The notes: generated by a model from the sequence alone, not told the origin. DNA of 58,535 nt, filler included, from Sphacelaria rigidula (GCA_964200075.2; 4 parts of 4 records of this genome joined end to end with filler, not necessarily neighbours in it), one strand, 5' to 3'. Counted from the whole stretch's first letter, positions 21,651 through 34,155 are shown. Program-made: numbers and translations.

Positions 21651-24312
21651 AGTGGCGTGTTTTGCAGCGTCACTGCCAAACGATGCCACCTCCATAGGGG
21701 GTCCGTCCTTACAAAGCCGCGACGGAGCACGCCAGGTTGTCGCCGGATCAGGCTAGTCGGTGGGGAAAGAGAGGGAAAGAGAAAATCTCTCGTTCCAAGG
21801 CAAGCTTTCCTACTTCGTCCGGACAGCTTGTGTCACGTCGACTGTGAACCCTTTCAACACCCCTGCTTCATGTTTCGAGGTATTATATTATACTGCACGG
21901 TGGTGTATTGTACTGTTATGGGTGCGCCTGACCCCCCACAATGGGCAAAAAAAGTGTCACCGACCGAAAGCACGAACGGACCGGAGATCTCGTTCATCCC
22001 CTGATTACACACGCCGCAAAATCCCCCAAAGTACTTGTGATTTGACTGGGGTTTTCACTTGACGATTTCCCATTTTCGCCGTCCCGGACTACGAACCACG
22101 GCGTGCTTCGGCTACTCACCGGCGTGTATTAGTCCAAGCTACAATCTGACAGGATTGTGGAACCAAAGGAGGTATAGTGATCGAGAAAGCCGCAAAAACC
22201 CCATGTTTTTTTCACTCAATTTGTTCTAAACCTCGGCTCCCGATGAGATTAAAAAATATGACTAGTCAAGTTGTAGCTGTCGTCTTGGCGCAGATGATGC
22301 AAAAAAGCGCATCTCAATCGATGGCCTTGGAGATGAGTAATCGGGGTAAGCGTTTGGGCTGTGAGCGCAAACAAGCGCCTCCGACCCTCGCCGGTTTCCC
22401 CGACATGTTGAAACATCAACCGTGTCAAACGGCCTCAGAATAGCAGTCTTACGCCAAAAGAGAAAAACAAGGGAAAAATTCGGAAGAGAACCCGACATCT
22501 TTTCGCCCCAATACGCACGCACACACCGCGCAACCCCAGATTCAGCAAGATGAGGTTGTTGTCCATAGTCTACATGACATGTGGTCGAAGTTTCAGCACG
22601 TAAAAGCACTAACAGCGCTTGCACGGCAGTGTCTCCTGAAGTGAGCACCTCTACAGGCGATACCAAGATAGGTACCGCGTAGAATGCCATCATCCAGAGT
22701 GTGCACAATACGGATCAATGTGTTCGTTTGCCGGGGCAGGGGCCACCCAGCAGGAAGTGAGCGTATCTGCGTGTCAACTTATGCACCCACTGACGTCTCA
22801 CGCAGTCTGGGCCGAGGGGACTGCGTTTTGAGGGCGTATCGATGGCATTGCCCAAAATCCCTATTTTGCTTCGTGCAAGTAGCGCACCACGTAAAACGTG
22901 CTGCCGCTCCGGGGATATGCTGTCTGTGTTGTGGTCTACTTCTGCGCCAAGTTTCAGGTTTGTTAGAACAGACACGGCCGAGGAATCCACAAGCAAAATG
23001 ACCCTTGATTTGTACTGAAAATACAGACTTGAACCCTGTTAAACCGTCGAAAGATACATGAGGTGCGTATGATTTTTGTATGCGGGAATCTTGGCAGTTG
23101 ACTTGCTTCTTTTTTTTCGGCGTAAGACTGATAGATTACACCCGTGGATGACTCTTAATAGTGCAGATGGTTGATTCATCGGATGTGTGGAATCTTCGAC
23201 CGAACCCCTAGAAGCTTCTGTGTCTGCGAGACATTTACCCCCGTCTGTGCATCGCTCGTGATGGTGGCAAGAGTAGCGCTCGTTCTCCTGCACCCGGTGC
23301 CATCACCACTCCACCATCGATAGCGTAGCTTAGTATCTAATCTCACGTGGCGGCAAGTATGGGCAAACTCTGAACTGAAGGAGAAAAAAAAGTCATAAAG
23401 CAAGCTGGCGTTAAAGCAGAGAGAGCAGTCTACGCGATGGCAACACACTCCAACAGCCGCCATAAACACGATAATGAGTCGCACGAACGAAACCAAGAAT
23501 CATCTTCGCGACCTTGTAGCAGCGAAGCGAACAAATGACAACACTAACCTTAACCCTGACCACAACGGAGGCATACCGAGAATCCTCGGGCAAGGCGGGT
23601 GCAACGTGTGCCCTGGACGAAGTGTGCGTTGACAAAAACGCGTTGTGGGTGCGCTAGGAGGATGCTAGGAGCACAGCCCCTATGAAAGGTCCGAATTTCG
23701 GTGTACACACTGAAATCAGTATGGACCAACTCACCCTCCCGAATGGTCAACGATACTGCGTCAAGACGACACAAAAGACAGCATAAAGTCGTCGGTCCAC
23801 TTTCACTGAAGCCACATGGCACCGAAGTCCCATTCATGTCTTTCAGTGCACCCACCCGTCCTAAGATACGCGTCTGTTGCATCGGCACTGGTGGGTGACA
23901 TGCGGCGGTTTGTTTTCATTCCCTCTTGGACCACAATATCTTTAGAATCCGATTAATATCATGCATACTCATGACATGAAAAGCCATGCCCACGGAACAA
24001 CGAACACACTTGCACAAGACGAGTTATTCATCCGCTAAAATTGTGGAACGATGGGATCCGATAAATCAAGCTCCTCAGCACATGACGAGGAGGTCGACCA
24101 ACATCGGCCCAGCCCACATCACACACGCAGCGAATGTACTCCAGTCGTCTGTGTAAGGGCCGTCCTCGTTGAAGTTCATCAGTACATATGGCTCTGTCGC
24201 ATGTTAAGCACATGTTGTTGGCCCAATTTCGATCCGCGTTCCCAAAAATAAATGATTCAGCGTTCTGGTTTCAGTTACCGGCGTTTGGCTACAAGTGTCC
24301 ATGGTTGATTTT

Positions 24313-24590
24313 TGTAGAGTAGTCCACCTCCAGTACACGTACGTGCAGGTTCATGATGATATACAAGTGGAACAATCTGCTGTAGGCGTTTTCTATTGGT
24401 TGACGGACTTGCGGGTCTGGTCGGCAGACTATGTGGATTTGAACATCACATGCTTCACGCATGTGTTTACTTCCGATAACGAAGGCTGTGTTTATGAGAA
24501 ACAACTGTCTTGAAGTCTCCAGGACCTGGTGAGGGAGGAAGCCCTTGGAGCAATCTTGTGACCTTGTTCTGAGTCCAGGAGGGCTCTATA
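24313..24590 (+). repeat. 5' LTR (278 bp)
   Basis: TGTAGAG...CTCTATA; about 12 substitutions and one 2-bp indel versus 28595-28874 (manual count). Confidence 0.92.
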
Positions 24591-24762
24591 ATAAACGTTT
24601 ATTAAGAGGAACCCGCTGGTTTCTAGAAGAGGTTTTTCAGCTGTTGACAGCTGCGGAAAAATTATATCAAAATTTGAACACAGCAGTGTGCACACTGTAA
24701 CGTGAGGGAGCTCGCTGGCAACGAAGAGACGGCTAGGTTGGCTGGAACTGTTACGTGCAGCT

Positions 24763-26466
24763 ATGGCAATGCGCAAGAAAGTGGGTGATGGCGATGCAGG
24801 CGAAGAGGTGAAGTTTAAGTTTACTGAGCTTATGCCTGCAGGATCGCTGAAAGCCCCAGAGTACGGACGGCACTTTAGCGAAAATGCGTCCCGACGTTTT
24901 TATCAGAAATACGTCGAGTATGAAGAGGCGGTCAAAATGAACAACAAAGGACGTAGCATGCAGGCCGTCTTATTGACTGTTTCTGAACTGGTGCCGAGGC
25001 ACATCCGTGCGTGTTTGTCACGCGAAATTTTTGACGGATCCGTGCTTGACGAAGATGATCTCAAGGAGGCACTAGGCCGACACGCGAAATGTTGGGAGGA
25101 TGAAGAGATTGATCCTTCAGTTGCTGTTGCTGGTGTGCGGAAAGCGTTGGCTGCCCGCAACGAGCAAACTGCAATGGGAAGAATAGAAGGGCAGTGGGGT
25201 GCCCTGGAGGAACTTTTTGCGGAGAATACTAGCGCTGAGCGTGCGTTCTGCGATGATGCAGATTTCAAACCAGGACCCGCTCAGATCATAACTCGGGAAA
25301 TCTTGAATGGACTGACCCCCCCCGAATTCAAAACTAAAGTCCTCAACATGTTGAACATGAAAGGGGGGTGGAAGGAGGACCCTGGGCTTGTGTTTAACAC
25401 GGCTCGGGAAGCAGCGGAGGCATGGAAGACGGTGGAAGCGGCGGATAAGCAGCGCCATCAGCAGCCGCAGCTGAAACAAAGGAGTGGCAACGGGACTTCC
25501 GGAAGCAAGCGCCAACCAAATGGTGGAAAAACGGCGAGCGGTGGAAATGGGACTACCAGTTCCGGAAAAACCCGCAAATCAGGCCCAAGCTATTCAGGTT
25601 GTTTCTCATGTGGAGACAAAGGCCACTTCGTGAAGGGTTGTAAGCAGCAAAGCCAAGCTGCTGCTCCACAACATACTACAGGTGGGCAGTCGAAGGCCGG
25701 CGACACGCAGCAGCAACAACAGCAGCTGTCGCATGGCCCTGGACAGGTGCCTCGCGGAGGGGGCACGAGTCCCGCCCCTACAAGGGCTGTCTTCTCAGCC
25801 GATGGACAAAGTGCTCTCAGCGGGGGGGCGACGTTGCCACCAGAACCGGTCGTTTCTACTGGTGGCGTGCAGCAGACCATCTCATCGCACTCTTTCCCGG
25901 GTTCGAACTCTGCGACGGTGCCAGCATGGAGATCGCTTAAAGCGGGTGAGGTGTCAGGGTTTCAATCTGAGGATCTGCAAGTAGATCACAAGGAAAGGTG
26001 GTATCTTGCCGACTTGTCTGTCCCGAGTGCAGGGGCAAAGGGTGTTTGTCCGGTCAAGGCTATTTTAGATTCAGGATCTGGACTTACGACCATGTCAGTG
26101 GATGTAGCGGCGAAATTACAAGCTATGGTTCCAGATGTTCGAGTGGTCACACCGATGGTTGATGAACAGCTGGTGACACTGGCTAACGGCAATGTTGAGC
26201 GCGTGAAGCAGAAAACTTGCCCTGTCCGAACCGCTTTACACACCAGCTGGGGACCGGTTGTGCTGGACCCATGTTCATATGTAGTCATGCCGGGTACAGA
26301 TGATGTGATCATCATGGGAAGCCCTACGCTGGAGACGCTGGGCATTGACGTGTTCAGTAGCTTAGGTGCCTGTGCACGTGCAAGAAACACTTCGGTGCGA
26401 GGTGTAAACACGCCTGATTTTACGGACTGTCAGCGTGTCAGTACCGCGGTTGACGCTTTACAGTAA
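24763..26466 (+). CDS. gag: Retrotransposon Gag + aspartic protease
   Basis: 567-aa ORF with CCHC knuckle CFSCGDKGHFVKGC and protease motif AILDSGSG. Confidence 0.88.
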   Translation: MAMRKKVGDGDAGEEVKFKFTELMPAGSLKAPEYGRHFSENASRRFYQKYVEYEEAVKMNNKGRSMQAVLLTVSELVPRHIRACLSREIFDGSVLDEDDLKEALGRHAKCWEDEEIDPSVAVAGVRKALAARNEQTAMGRIEGQWGALEELFAENTSAERAFCDDADFKPGPAQIITREILNGLTPPEFKTKVLNMLNMKGGWKEDPGLVFNTAREAAEAWKTVEAADKQRHQQPQLKQRSGNGTSGSKRQPNGGKTASGGNGTTSSGKTRKSGPSYSGCFSCGDKGHFVKGCKQQSQAAAPQHTTGGQSKAGDTQQQQQQLSHGPGQVPRGGGTSPAPTRAVFSADGQSALSGGATLPPEPVVSTGGVQQTISSHSFPGSNSATVPAWRSLKAGEVSGFQSEDLQVDHKERWYLADLSVPSAGAKGVCPVKAILDSGSGLTTMSVDVAAKLQAMVPDVRVVTPMVDEQLVTLANGNVERVKQKTCPVRTALHTSWGPVVLDPCSYVVMPGTDDVIIMGSPTLETLGIDVFSSLGACARARNTSVRGVNTPDFTDCQRVSTAVDALQ

Positions 26467-27500
26467 CCAGGAGGTCGGGCGGAGCCCGTTTATTCCTCAG
26501 TCGAGCGGTTGTTGTCGAGAAGTCCGGCGATGAGCATATCCCCGGAACAAGAGCTTGCTGAGCTGATGTTGCGCCGGAGGAGGCAGTAAAAGCCACCGCG
26601 GATAACGGCATATCGGAGAGCAACGTGAGCCAGATTCGTGAGCCTATACGGAACAGAGCGAGCGTTTTAAGGCGAGTGCTGCATGGTTATCCGCCTGCTC
26701 GCGTCGAGCCCTGGAGGGTGAAATTCACACCTGTTGCTGTGGAGGCAAAGGCTCGGCCGAGGGCGTACTTTCCGGTCAGGATGGCGTGGTTGGCACGCTG
26801 CATCGCAACATTGGTGGCGCTCGGGCTCGTGTACTGCAGTTTGCAGGTAGAGTGAGCGAGAGCGGCGATTGCAACGCCCGAGAAGTCCCGTTTTCGCTGG
26901 ATGAGTGCATACAAGGCGGGGGAGGAAGTTTCCTGTCAACACAAGGAGGTGATGCATGGTGCTCGCCCACGGAAGGTTTTCCATTTCAGTTTTCTCAGTG
27001 TTGGCGAGGGTAGTCCGCTGGGAGATAATGGCTGAGACAAAGGAGATCGGTTCAAGTACATATTGGTAAGGATGGATGACCCGGGCGACTTCGTGCGGTT
27101 GGAGCCCAAGGAGTCTTGTACGGCGGCAATGACGGTGAAGCATCTGTTGACATGGTGCAAAGCGCTGGGGCCGCAGGAGGGATGGGTCAGCGATACGGTA
27201 TCGCAATATGAGGATCGTGTGGTGAGAGTGCTCAAGAAGGCGCTGATGGATCGCAGATTCGTGGTGGCCAACTCGCGGTTGTCACATCGTGAATGTGAGC
27301 GAATGGTGCGTGACATTGTTCGTACCTTGAAGGTCATAATGCAGAGAGAAAGACGCGATGCCAACGCCTGGGTGGGTTTGGTGCTTGCGGTGCAGTGAGC
27401 ATTGCACACTGGTTTTCGGGACAGCTGTGAGAACTGTAGCTGCATCTATGATGCGAGGAGCGACTGTTGGAGTGGAAATGCTACTCTACGATGTGGACGA
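26467..27500 (+). pseudogene. pol: Degenerate pol: start of RT region and integrase core fragments
   Basis: PPARVEPWRVK...ARPRAY...LVALGLVY (pre-RT segment), then WVSDT...FVVANS...CERMVRDIVRTLK...WVGLVLAVQ*ALHT (integrase-like); many stops; no YxDD or RNase H. Confidence 0.75.
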
Positions 27501-28594
27501 GATTGTAGCCAGAGAGCTGCTGTTCTTCAGGAGGAGCGCAGGAGAGTTACAAGGCAGGCATTGCCTGAGGTGCTCGATGTTGCGGTGAGCGCCGGGTTGG
27601 GTGATGTTAAGGAGCAAGTACTAGTGGAATTGCTTGTTGAGAATGAGGAAGCACATTGTGACTTGTATACCTGAATCGTTTTGTGGACGATTGTAAGTAG
27701 TGGTGGTGGTGTGGTTCCTGGGCCTGTCTGTTGTGTTGCGCTGGTTGGCGCGCATGATACATGGTGGTTTCTGCAAAGAAGCTGCTCAGTGAAGTATGAG
27801 CATGCAGGTGTGACTGATGTTCATGGTGTCTGATGAAGAGTCAGAGTGAGGCAGTTTTCAATACACTGCTGTGTGCTGAATGAAATAAATCTCGGATATC
27901 ATTGTTCGCGCAAAAAGTGGAATCATCTTTGTGCGGTTTGCAGAAACTGACTGTAGGAGATGGTGATTGCTGCTGCTGGCGTGAAAATGAGCGGAAACTA
28001 CGAAATGCGTAGGCTTGTATGTGAACAAGTATAACGTGCGTATTTCCAGAGGTTGACGATAAAAGAAATTGTGCGCGAGTACAGTGATCTTTTATTGTGG
28101 TACATCTTTTATAGCTTGTCATATGTTTGGATAAGCGCATAGATGGTGTTTCACATCTGAAAAACGGAGAATGTGGATGTTGTGCCCATTTTTCTGGAAG
28201 GAGCACCGCATATTTGTTCTGAGCTGCGTCAGTTGGAACTGAGTCAAACGGTGCGGGCACGGTTGTAGGCAAAGTACGGTATCAAGCTTTGAGTGCATGG
28301 TATGCTCGAATGCTACAGTTTGAAACGGTATTATCCTTGGCGCGTTTGCTTTATGTGAGCATGCCACGACTCGAAATTGCCGTTGAATGAGTTACTGACT
28401 TCACTATATTCGATTGAAACGCTGTGTTCAAGTGTTGTTCAGCGTTTTGCGAATGATCATTTTCTTTGTGAACATGACATAGCATGGTCATGTGTCACCA
28501 ACAGGCGGACAAAGGTAGCATGAACGTGTTTGTCGGTGTCTACTGTATGTCAAACTCGCTTTCTACTTCGAGTAGTGCGGAGTTTTGGGGGTGC

Positions 28595-28874
28595 CGTAGA
28601 GTAGTCCACCTCCAGTACACGTACGTGCAGGTTCATGATGATATACAAGTGGAACAATCTGCTGTAGGCGTTTTCTATTGGTTGACGGACTTGCGGGTCT
28701 GATCGGCAAACTATGGGAATTTGAACATCACATGCTTCACGCATGTGGTTACTTCCGATAACGAAGGCTGTGTGTTTATGAATAACAACTGTCTTGAAGT
28801 CTCCAGGCCCTAGTGAGGGAGGAAGCCCTCGGAGCAATCTTGTGACCTTGTTCTGAGTCCAGGAAGGCTCTATA
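28595..28874 (+). repeat. 3' LTR (280 bp)
   Basis: Direct repeat of 24313-24590. Confidence 0.92.
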
Positions 28875-29067
28875 TACCGCACCCGCTCGCAACCGAACAT
28901 ACCGCAATATGCACCCGTTGCTGGTGACAATCGATCGGTCTTGTCGCCGAAATACTGTACTGCATGACTTTTCAATTCTGATCGTGCACATATCTTGTCC
29001 ACGTATACTTCCCCCAAGCATGTGGCGGAGAAGCATGACCATTAACCAGGTGGTATCAAATGTGTCT

Positions 29068-29220
29068 ATTAGGGATGCGAGGTCACTGGTTGTATGACTA
29101 TGGCATGCGTGATCATGAGTACACTTCCCCCCCCCCCCTCCCCTGTGCTCCGTCTCGAAAGGGATGCGTGGTCAATGGTCAAATGACTAAGGCAAGCAAC
29201 AAATGAGTACGCCCCCCTCC
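29068..29220 (+). mobile_element. Family B-type 3' end with C-tail, followed by a family A 3' end with C-tail
   Basis: GGGATGCGAGGTCACTGG...GATCATGAGTACACTT-Cn, then GCTCCGTCTCGAAAGGGATGCGTGGTCAATGG...ATGAGTACG-Cn. Confidence 0.8.
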
Positions 29221-29320
29221 NNNNNNNNNNNNNNNNNNNNNNNNNNNNNNNNNNNNNNNNNNNNTTAATTAATTAANNNNNNNNNNNNNNNNNNNNNNNN
29301 NNNNNNNNNNNNNNNNNNNN
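29221..29320. other. Artificial contig linker
   Basis: Same 100-nt spacer. Confidence 0.97.
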
Positions 29321-29508
29321 CTTAGAGGACCGCGCCGTAGTTCAAAATACCTCAGGATCGACGTTTTCCAAAACCAATCGGGTCAGTCCCTGCAGGTTCC
29401 ACGCCCCTGACCCTAACCCCAACACTAACCCTAACCCTAACCCTAACCATAGGGGTGTTCAAAAGCCGATGCGGTCCTCTAAGCACGCGGTCCTCTCACG
29501 CATTACAG
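29321..29508. mobile_element. Tc1/mariner-type MITE with internal (CCCTAA)n, truncated by contig start
   Basis: Ends in GCGGTCCTCTAAGCACGCGGTCCTCTCACGCATTACAG|TA; inverted copy at 30642-30854. Confidence 0.8.
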
Positions 29509-29884
29509 TAGGGATGCACCTTATCTTTACACTATTTCACCTGTGTGTGCGATCACTTATGAAAGCATATCGTTTTGATAAACGGCCTCGTCGAGGGGGG
29601 TGGTACAGATGTTTCTTTCCGGTTTTTACCTCTGGACTTCATGTGCGGATGGCACCTCTACACGGACTCTGCGATACTTTGTGTGGTCGTACAAAAATCG
29701 ATGTACCGACACATTTTTCCGCACATAAATGCAGACATACCCGGGTGATGGGTTCAAAACACGTGCGGTTTGATATTGTGCGAAAGCGGCTATACTATAC
29801 TGATGAAGTTTGCAGCATATGTGGTGTCTGCGATGAAGAAAATACATGCCGTTCGAATTTTGCGTGTTTCCTGTCCCATGCCAG

Positions 29885-29975
29885 GGATGGGAGGTTCGAG
29901 GATTCCATCTGGGGCATTGCCACGGGAGGCAATCAGCCGTACGAGGACTTGGCATTCACTCCAAACGCCACGAAT
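29885..29975 (+). CDS. Exon, propeller/REJ gene
   Basis: CAG|..|GTGAGC; DGRFEDSIWGIATGGNQPYEDLAFTPNATN joins the next exon in phase 0. Confidence 0.7.
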
Positions 29976-30323
29976 GTGAGCGAGATCTCAACCCCACGCA
30001 CAAATGTCATCGATGGAGTAATCGTAGCCACGTGGCTGTGGGTTTTGTATGTGGAAATCGGTTGCTATGCCTCTACACGCCCCGGAGAACATCTACTCGC
30101 ACTACACGAAATATTTCGAAGGTTCCATTTAATTGGCAAGAAATGATTCCTACCGCTTCTCCCTTCGCACAACGCGTTCGCGCCAGCTTTTGTTCCTAGT
30201 CTATGTCGTTCGGAGTGTACGGCATTTACCTCTCCTGTCGGTACGGCTAACAAGTCTGAATCGGAGTGTGTGATCTCGACTTGCATTGTTCCGTACCGAC
30301 CCCGCCGTCACTGCGTTGGGCAG

Positions 30324-30542
30324 CTGCTGGTAACAGCGCCTTCAGTATCGATATCGGGCACGGTCAACGCGTTCACGGTGACCAACTATGATATCAACAA
30401 CGTCACGGGCGAGCTTTCTGTCGTATCCGAAGATTACAGCACGACTTATGCACCATCGACCTGGAGCACCATCTTGGCTGCCCGCATACGGGCGAGCCGT
30501 GATGGTCAGCATGCATACATTGCGTACCCCCAAGAGGATAAG
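30324..30542 (+). CDS. Exon, propeller/REJ gene
   Basis: CAG|..|GTAACC; LLVTAPS...YDINNVTGELSVV...RASRDGQHAYIAYPQEDK (lactonase-like propeller blade). Confidence 0.75.
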
Positions 30543-30641
30543 GTAACCTCCGTATGCCAGGGGCGTTTTTACGAGGCTTAGCTCATCATCAGTTCTGATT
30601 TTGAAGGTGTGCATGACAACGCTTTGCACTGCACTATGCTA

Positions 30642-30854
30642 GTGCAATGCGTGAGAGGACCGCGTGCTTAGGGGACCGCATCATAGTTCAAACACCCCTA
30701 TGGTTGAGGTGAGGGTTAGGGTTAGTATTGACGGTGGGGTCAGGGGCGTGATCCCTCCAGGGACTGGCCCGATTAGTATCGAAAAACGTCGATCCTGAGG
30801 TGTTTTGAACTACGATGCTGTGCCCTAAGCATGTGGTCCTCTCACGCGTTACAC
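30642..30854. mobile_element. Complete Tc1/mariner-type MITE with TA TSD and internal TTAGGG-like repeats
   Basis: TA|GTGCAATGCGTGAGAGGACCGCGTGCTTAGG ... CCTAAGCATGTGGTCCTCTCACGCGTTACAC|TA. Confidence 0.85.
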
Positions 30855-30993
30855 TAGTTAACGCGAAACCTAAACTCACCGAGAGGCGGCTCACACTGCG
30901 TCCTGTATTGAGAACTCAAAATTTCTCCCAGGCTGGGTCAATGAAACCGTCGCGACTAAGCACCGTTGCTGCGTTACTTCCACTTTAGAACAG

Positions 30994-31130
30994 ATTCAAC
31001 ACTGCTGCTGTGTCACCAATGCAACGACTACCGTTCCTGTGCGCCCTCGGTACCTCGTTACTGACCCCTGGCAATGGAATCGCTACCGCCAGGACGTCGT
31101 CACCTACAGCCTCACGGCGAATGATTGGGT
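30994..31130 (+). CDS. Possible exon, propeller/REJ gene
   Basis: CAG|..|GTAAGT; open frame IQHCCCVTNATTTVPVRPRYLVTDPW... Confidence 0.45.
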
Positions 31131-32062
31131 GTAAGTGTATCCCGACTGTTTTTATGCGTATTATTTGTATCCGTTGTGTGGTGCAGCTGAAGTGAAGTAT
31201 AGACGTCGAGCGCGTATTGGGGATACTTCGTCACCGTCTTGGCGTTTTCGTCACCGTCTTTGCGACCCGTAGAGGTGTCGAATGATATGCTGTTTCTGTT
31301 TATAGTTCCTACCGTTACTTCGTCGATTCCGTGACTTCTATTGGACAATCGCGCAGGGCTGTATCTGTGGCGAATCGCCTGTACCACGATAGCTCACATG
31401 ATGAGGAGAAACAGGCTATGCTGTACCTAGGAGTCTCCAGTGACGACAGTATTGTGGTGAGATACAGGAATTCGTTTCTTCTCTAGGCGTGAACGAACCA
31501 CCGGTGGTTTCAATTTGCTCAACGTTCCGATTCATTTCTCAACTCTGAGCGCCATCACACAAGTCGCAGCATTTGTTTGATGACTTGACAAATGTGGGTT
31601 GCAAACTATGAAAAGTAGGTAGATCTATTACTGAAGTGCTACAAAGAATTCAAGACTGCAATATTCCACACATTAATACCTGCTGCTATGACCTGCCAAC
31701 CAGCAGTCGTTGCTCCCCGTCTGGCACGTGTATGGTGGATGCAGCACATCGAAGCTTGGATGCACTGCATATCGTAGCAATGGCGAACAAAAACGTTTTG
31801 CCCGGCCTGCATGTGCTATGAAACATAGACCAAACTTCAGCCGGTAGCTACTCCATAGTCAATCACGTATCCTACTCCCGGTGTAATTGCTACGACGATC
31901 ATGTGGAACAGCGTCACTTGACGGCATCGACATATTTTCCCTTGATACACCTTGCACATACAACGATATCATGTTCTCCGTGCCCGTCGTGCAACGAAAT
32001 ATACCGTCGGCGCAAAATGTTCATTGACGACCGTTTAATTTTCGATCCCATCTTGTTGTCAG

Positions 32063-32212
32063 GTTCTTGTGACTCCCTACAGCATCGAACGGTACGATCG
32101 CGATACCACCACGGGGCTCCTTACGGGGAAGGGCGTGGCTTTGAAATATAAAGGCAATTGGGGTACGAGCGTCATCGACGTGGCCATGGCTGATTCTTCA
32201 GGCGACTATATT
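32063..32212 (+). CDS. Exon, propeller/REJ gene
   Basis: CAG|..|GTGAGC; SIERYDRDTTTGLLT...DVAMADSSGDYI. Confidence 0.75.
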
Positions 32213-32238
32213 GTGAGCTCATCTACGCATGCCTTCGA

Positions 32239-32489
32239 GAGTCATCCTACGATAGGGGGGGGGTATTTGATTGCACGAAAAAAGAGGCTCATAGATGTGT
32301 CAGACGACTTGCCACACTCGCGGTGCGCTTGTATTTGGTTACAAACGGTTTCAAGCAGTATGAATGAGCGATATATATCTAAAACAAGTTCGTTCGAGCA
32401 ACCGTTGCTGATTTCAACGACGGGTTGACGTGGAATTTTGTGCAAGAAGTGGCCCGAAATACCTCCCCCCCCATACCGTAGGATGACTC
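32239..32489. mobile_element. Intronic MITE with ~30-bp TIRs
   Basis: GAGTCATCCTACG...G8TATTT and its inverse at 32458-32489; another terminus at 43811-43878. Confidence 0.8.
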
Positions 32490-32953
32490 GACTTGTTCGT
32501 ATATCTGGGTAAAACCCCCGATGTACATTGGACGCTCTCAGTGCGGAACGTTCACAAGCATGGGTGCAAAGTTCCACCAGAATATCCGGCCTATGAGTGA
32601 CGCGTCGGATAACTTTGAGTGTGAAATGAGCGGAGGTAATAAGAAAATGCCGTAGATGGAAGAGAAACGATGCTTGTCATCAACAGTTGCCTTAGTTGCC
32701 GGGTGCCGTGTTTCATTATGATGTGTGTTTTACTATTGTGGACGACGTATAGAATGACTGAATTTGCCCCAAATCCAGGAAACAGCCTCTGGAAAATATC
32801 AACATCGGGCAGTGAAGAGCTGGTCGGGCAAGGGCCGACGCGAATCCGTTGGGTTTAGGTGGCCTTTTTCGGTGTGATTGCTCTCCACCCTGGGCGCCGC
32901 TCTCCTCGCTTTGCTCTTAACATTTCCGCATTATCCTCACTGAATCCGTGCAG

Positions 32954-33088
32954 GTATTTACGTGGGATCAAATTCTACATGTTTGTCGAGTTGGTCGAGT
33001 CGATGGGAATGATGACTACGACTCGTATAGTCACTCCACCTTATCCGGAGATGGCCTGGCCGTCACTTTTGCTCGGGATGATTCCACG
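32954..33088 (+). CDS. Exon, propeller/REJ gene
   Basis: CAG|..|GTGAGA; VFTWDQ...GDGLAVTFARDDST. Confidence 0.7.
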
Positions 33089-33715
33089 GTGAGAGAAGAC
33101 ATTTGGCGGGTACGGATGAAAGGTTATTTTCACACTCACCGCCCGAGAAAAAACCAGCCACGCCAAAAAATGCAGAAGATTGCGCTCTATTGTCTAGTGC
33201 TAGTATGAGACCATTTCATTTGGGGACACTGTTTCGTTTCAAACCGCGACCTTGTGCCCTTCGAGGACTATTTTTCGCGAAAAACGATGACCAAGTAGGA
33301 ACTATAATTTCGCAATGACTTGCTCCGCGGTTTGAAGGGGATTGGGTGCACTTTGGCGATTTTCATGTGCGGATTTGACTCGGGATCGCAGAACAAAAAC
33401 GTAAGAAACCCGGCGTATACACATTACCCAGAGTCGAAGCCGCACAATGGAATCCGTCAGAGCGTTCGGAATCCCCCCGAGATAGCAAGGGAAGTCCTTC
33501 CGAGGTGGCATCATCCACCTCGCCGTGTGTTCACGCGGAAATCGCAAAAGAAGGACCGACAGGTAAGCTTTTGATCGACAACCAATGCCTCCACAGAGAC
33601 CGTTTGAAGGTCGAAAGCCCTCGTGAAACTTGGTCCTGCGGGACCGCTCGATGGTTTCGATACCCTCCTTTCGTCCTTCTGCGCCGATAATACCGTGACA
33701 CGTGTTGCTGAATAG

Positions 33716-33853
33716 GTCTACGTCGCGGACACCTTGGGTGTAATATATTGGTGTCCATACGATCCTACGGATGACCTCGAACTGAAACTGGGGTCAACGA
33801 ACTTCATTGTGGTGACCGATGTAGCACACCTTGCTGTGCATCCTAATGGTACG
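33716..33853 (+). CDS. Exon, propeller/REJ gene
   Basis: TAG|..|GTGAGT; VYVADTLGVIYW...HLAVHPNGT. Confidence 0.75.
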
Positions 33854-34016
33854 GTGAGTGGAGCACGTAAACGGAAACAAGAACTGACAGGAATGGCAAG
33901 CACGGTAGGCTTGATTGTGACGACAGAAAAAGCGGCTGTGGTTTGCTGTTCACTCTGACCTTGTCAGGCCCCCATCCCGCGCTTTGTGCTATCGTATTTA
34001 TTCGTGGGGAAACCAG

Positions 34017-34084
34017 TACCTATTCGCGGTGGATACCACTGGAGGTATCACGTCCTTCATACGAGACACGACCACCGGCGATCT
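34017..34084 (+). CDS. Exon, propeller/REJ gene
   Basis: CAG|..|GTAAGT; YLFAVDTTGGITSFIRDTTTGDL, phase-2 end matches the next exon. Confidence 0.75.
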
Positions 34085-34118
34085 GTAAGTGACAGGCTAC
34101 GATTCGCATGATAATACG

Positions 34119-34155
<37 letters not shown>

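Larger units (their letters stand above)
24313..28874 (+). mobile_element. Ty3/gypsy-type LTR retrotransposon, internally deleted
   Basis: Two ~280-bp LTRs; domain order gag-protease-(RT start)-integrase; G-rich PPT-like tract before the 3' LTR; no TSD or canonical PBS seen. Confidence 0.92.

Noticed and set aside
29405-29448. True telomere
   Set aside because: Short, degenerate and internal to a MITE
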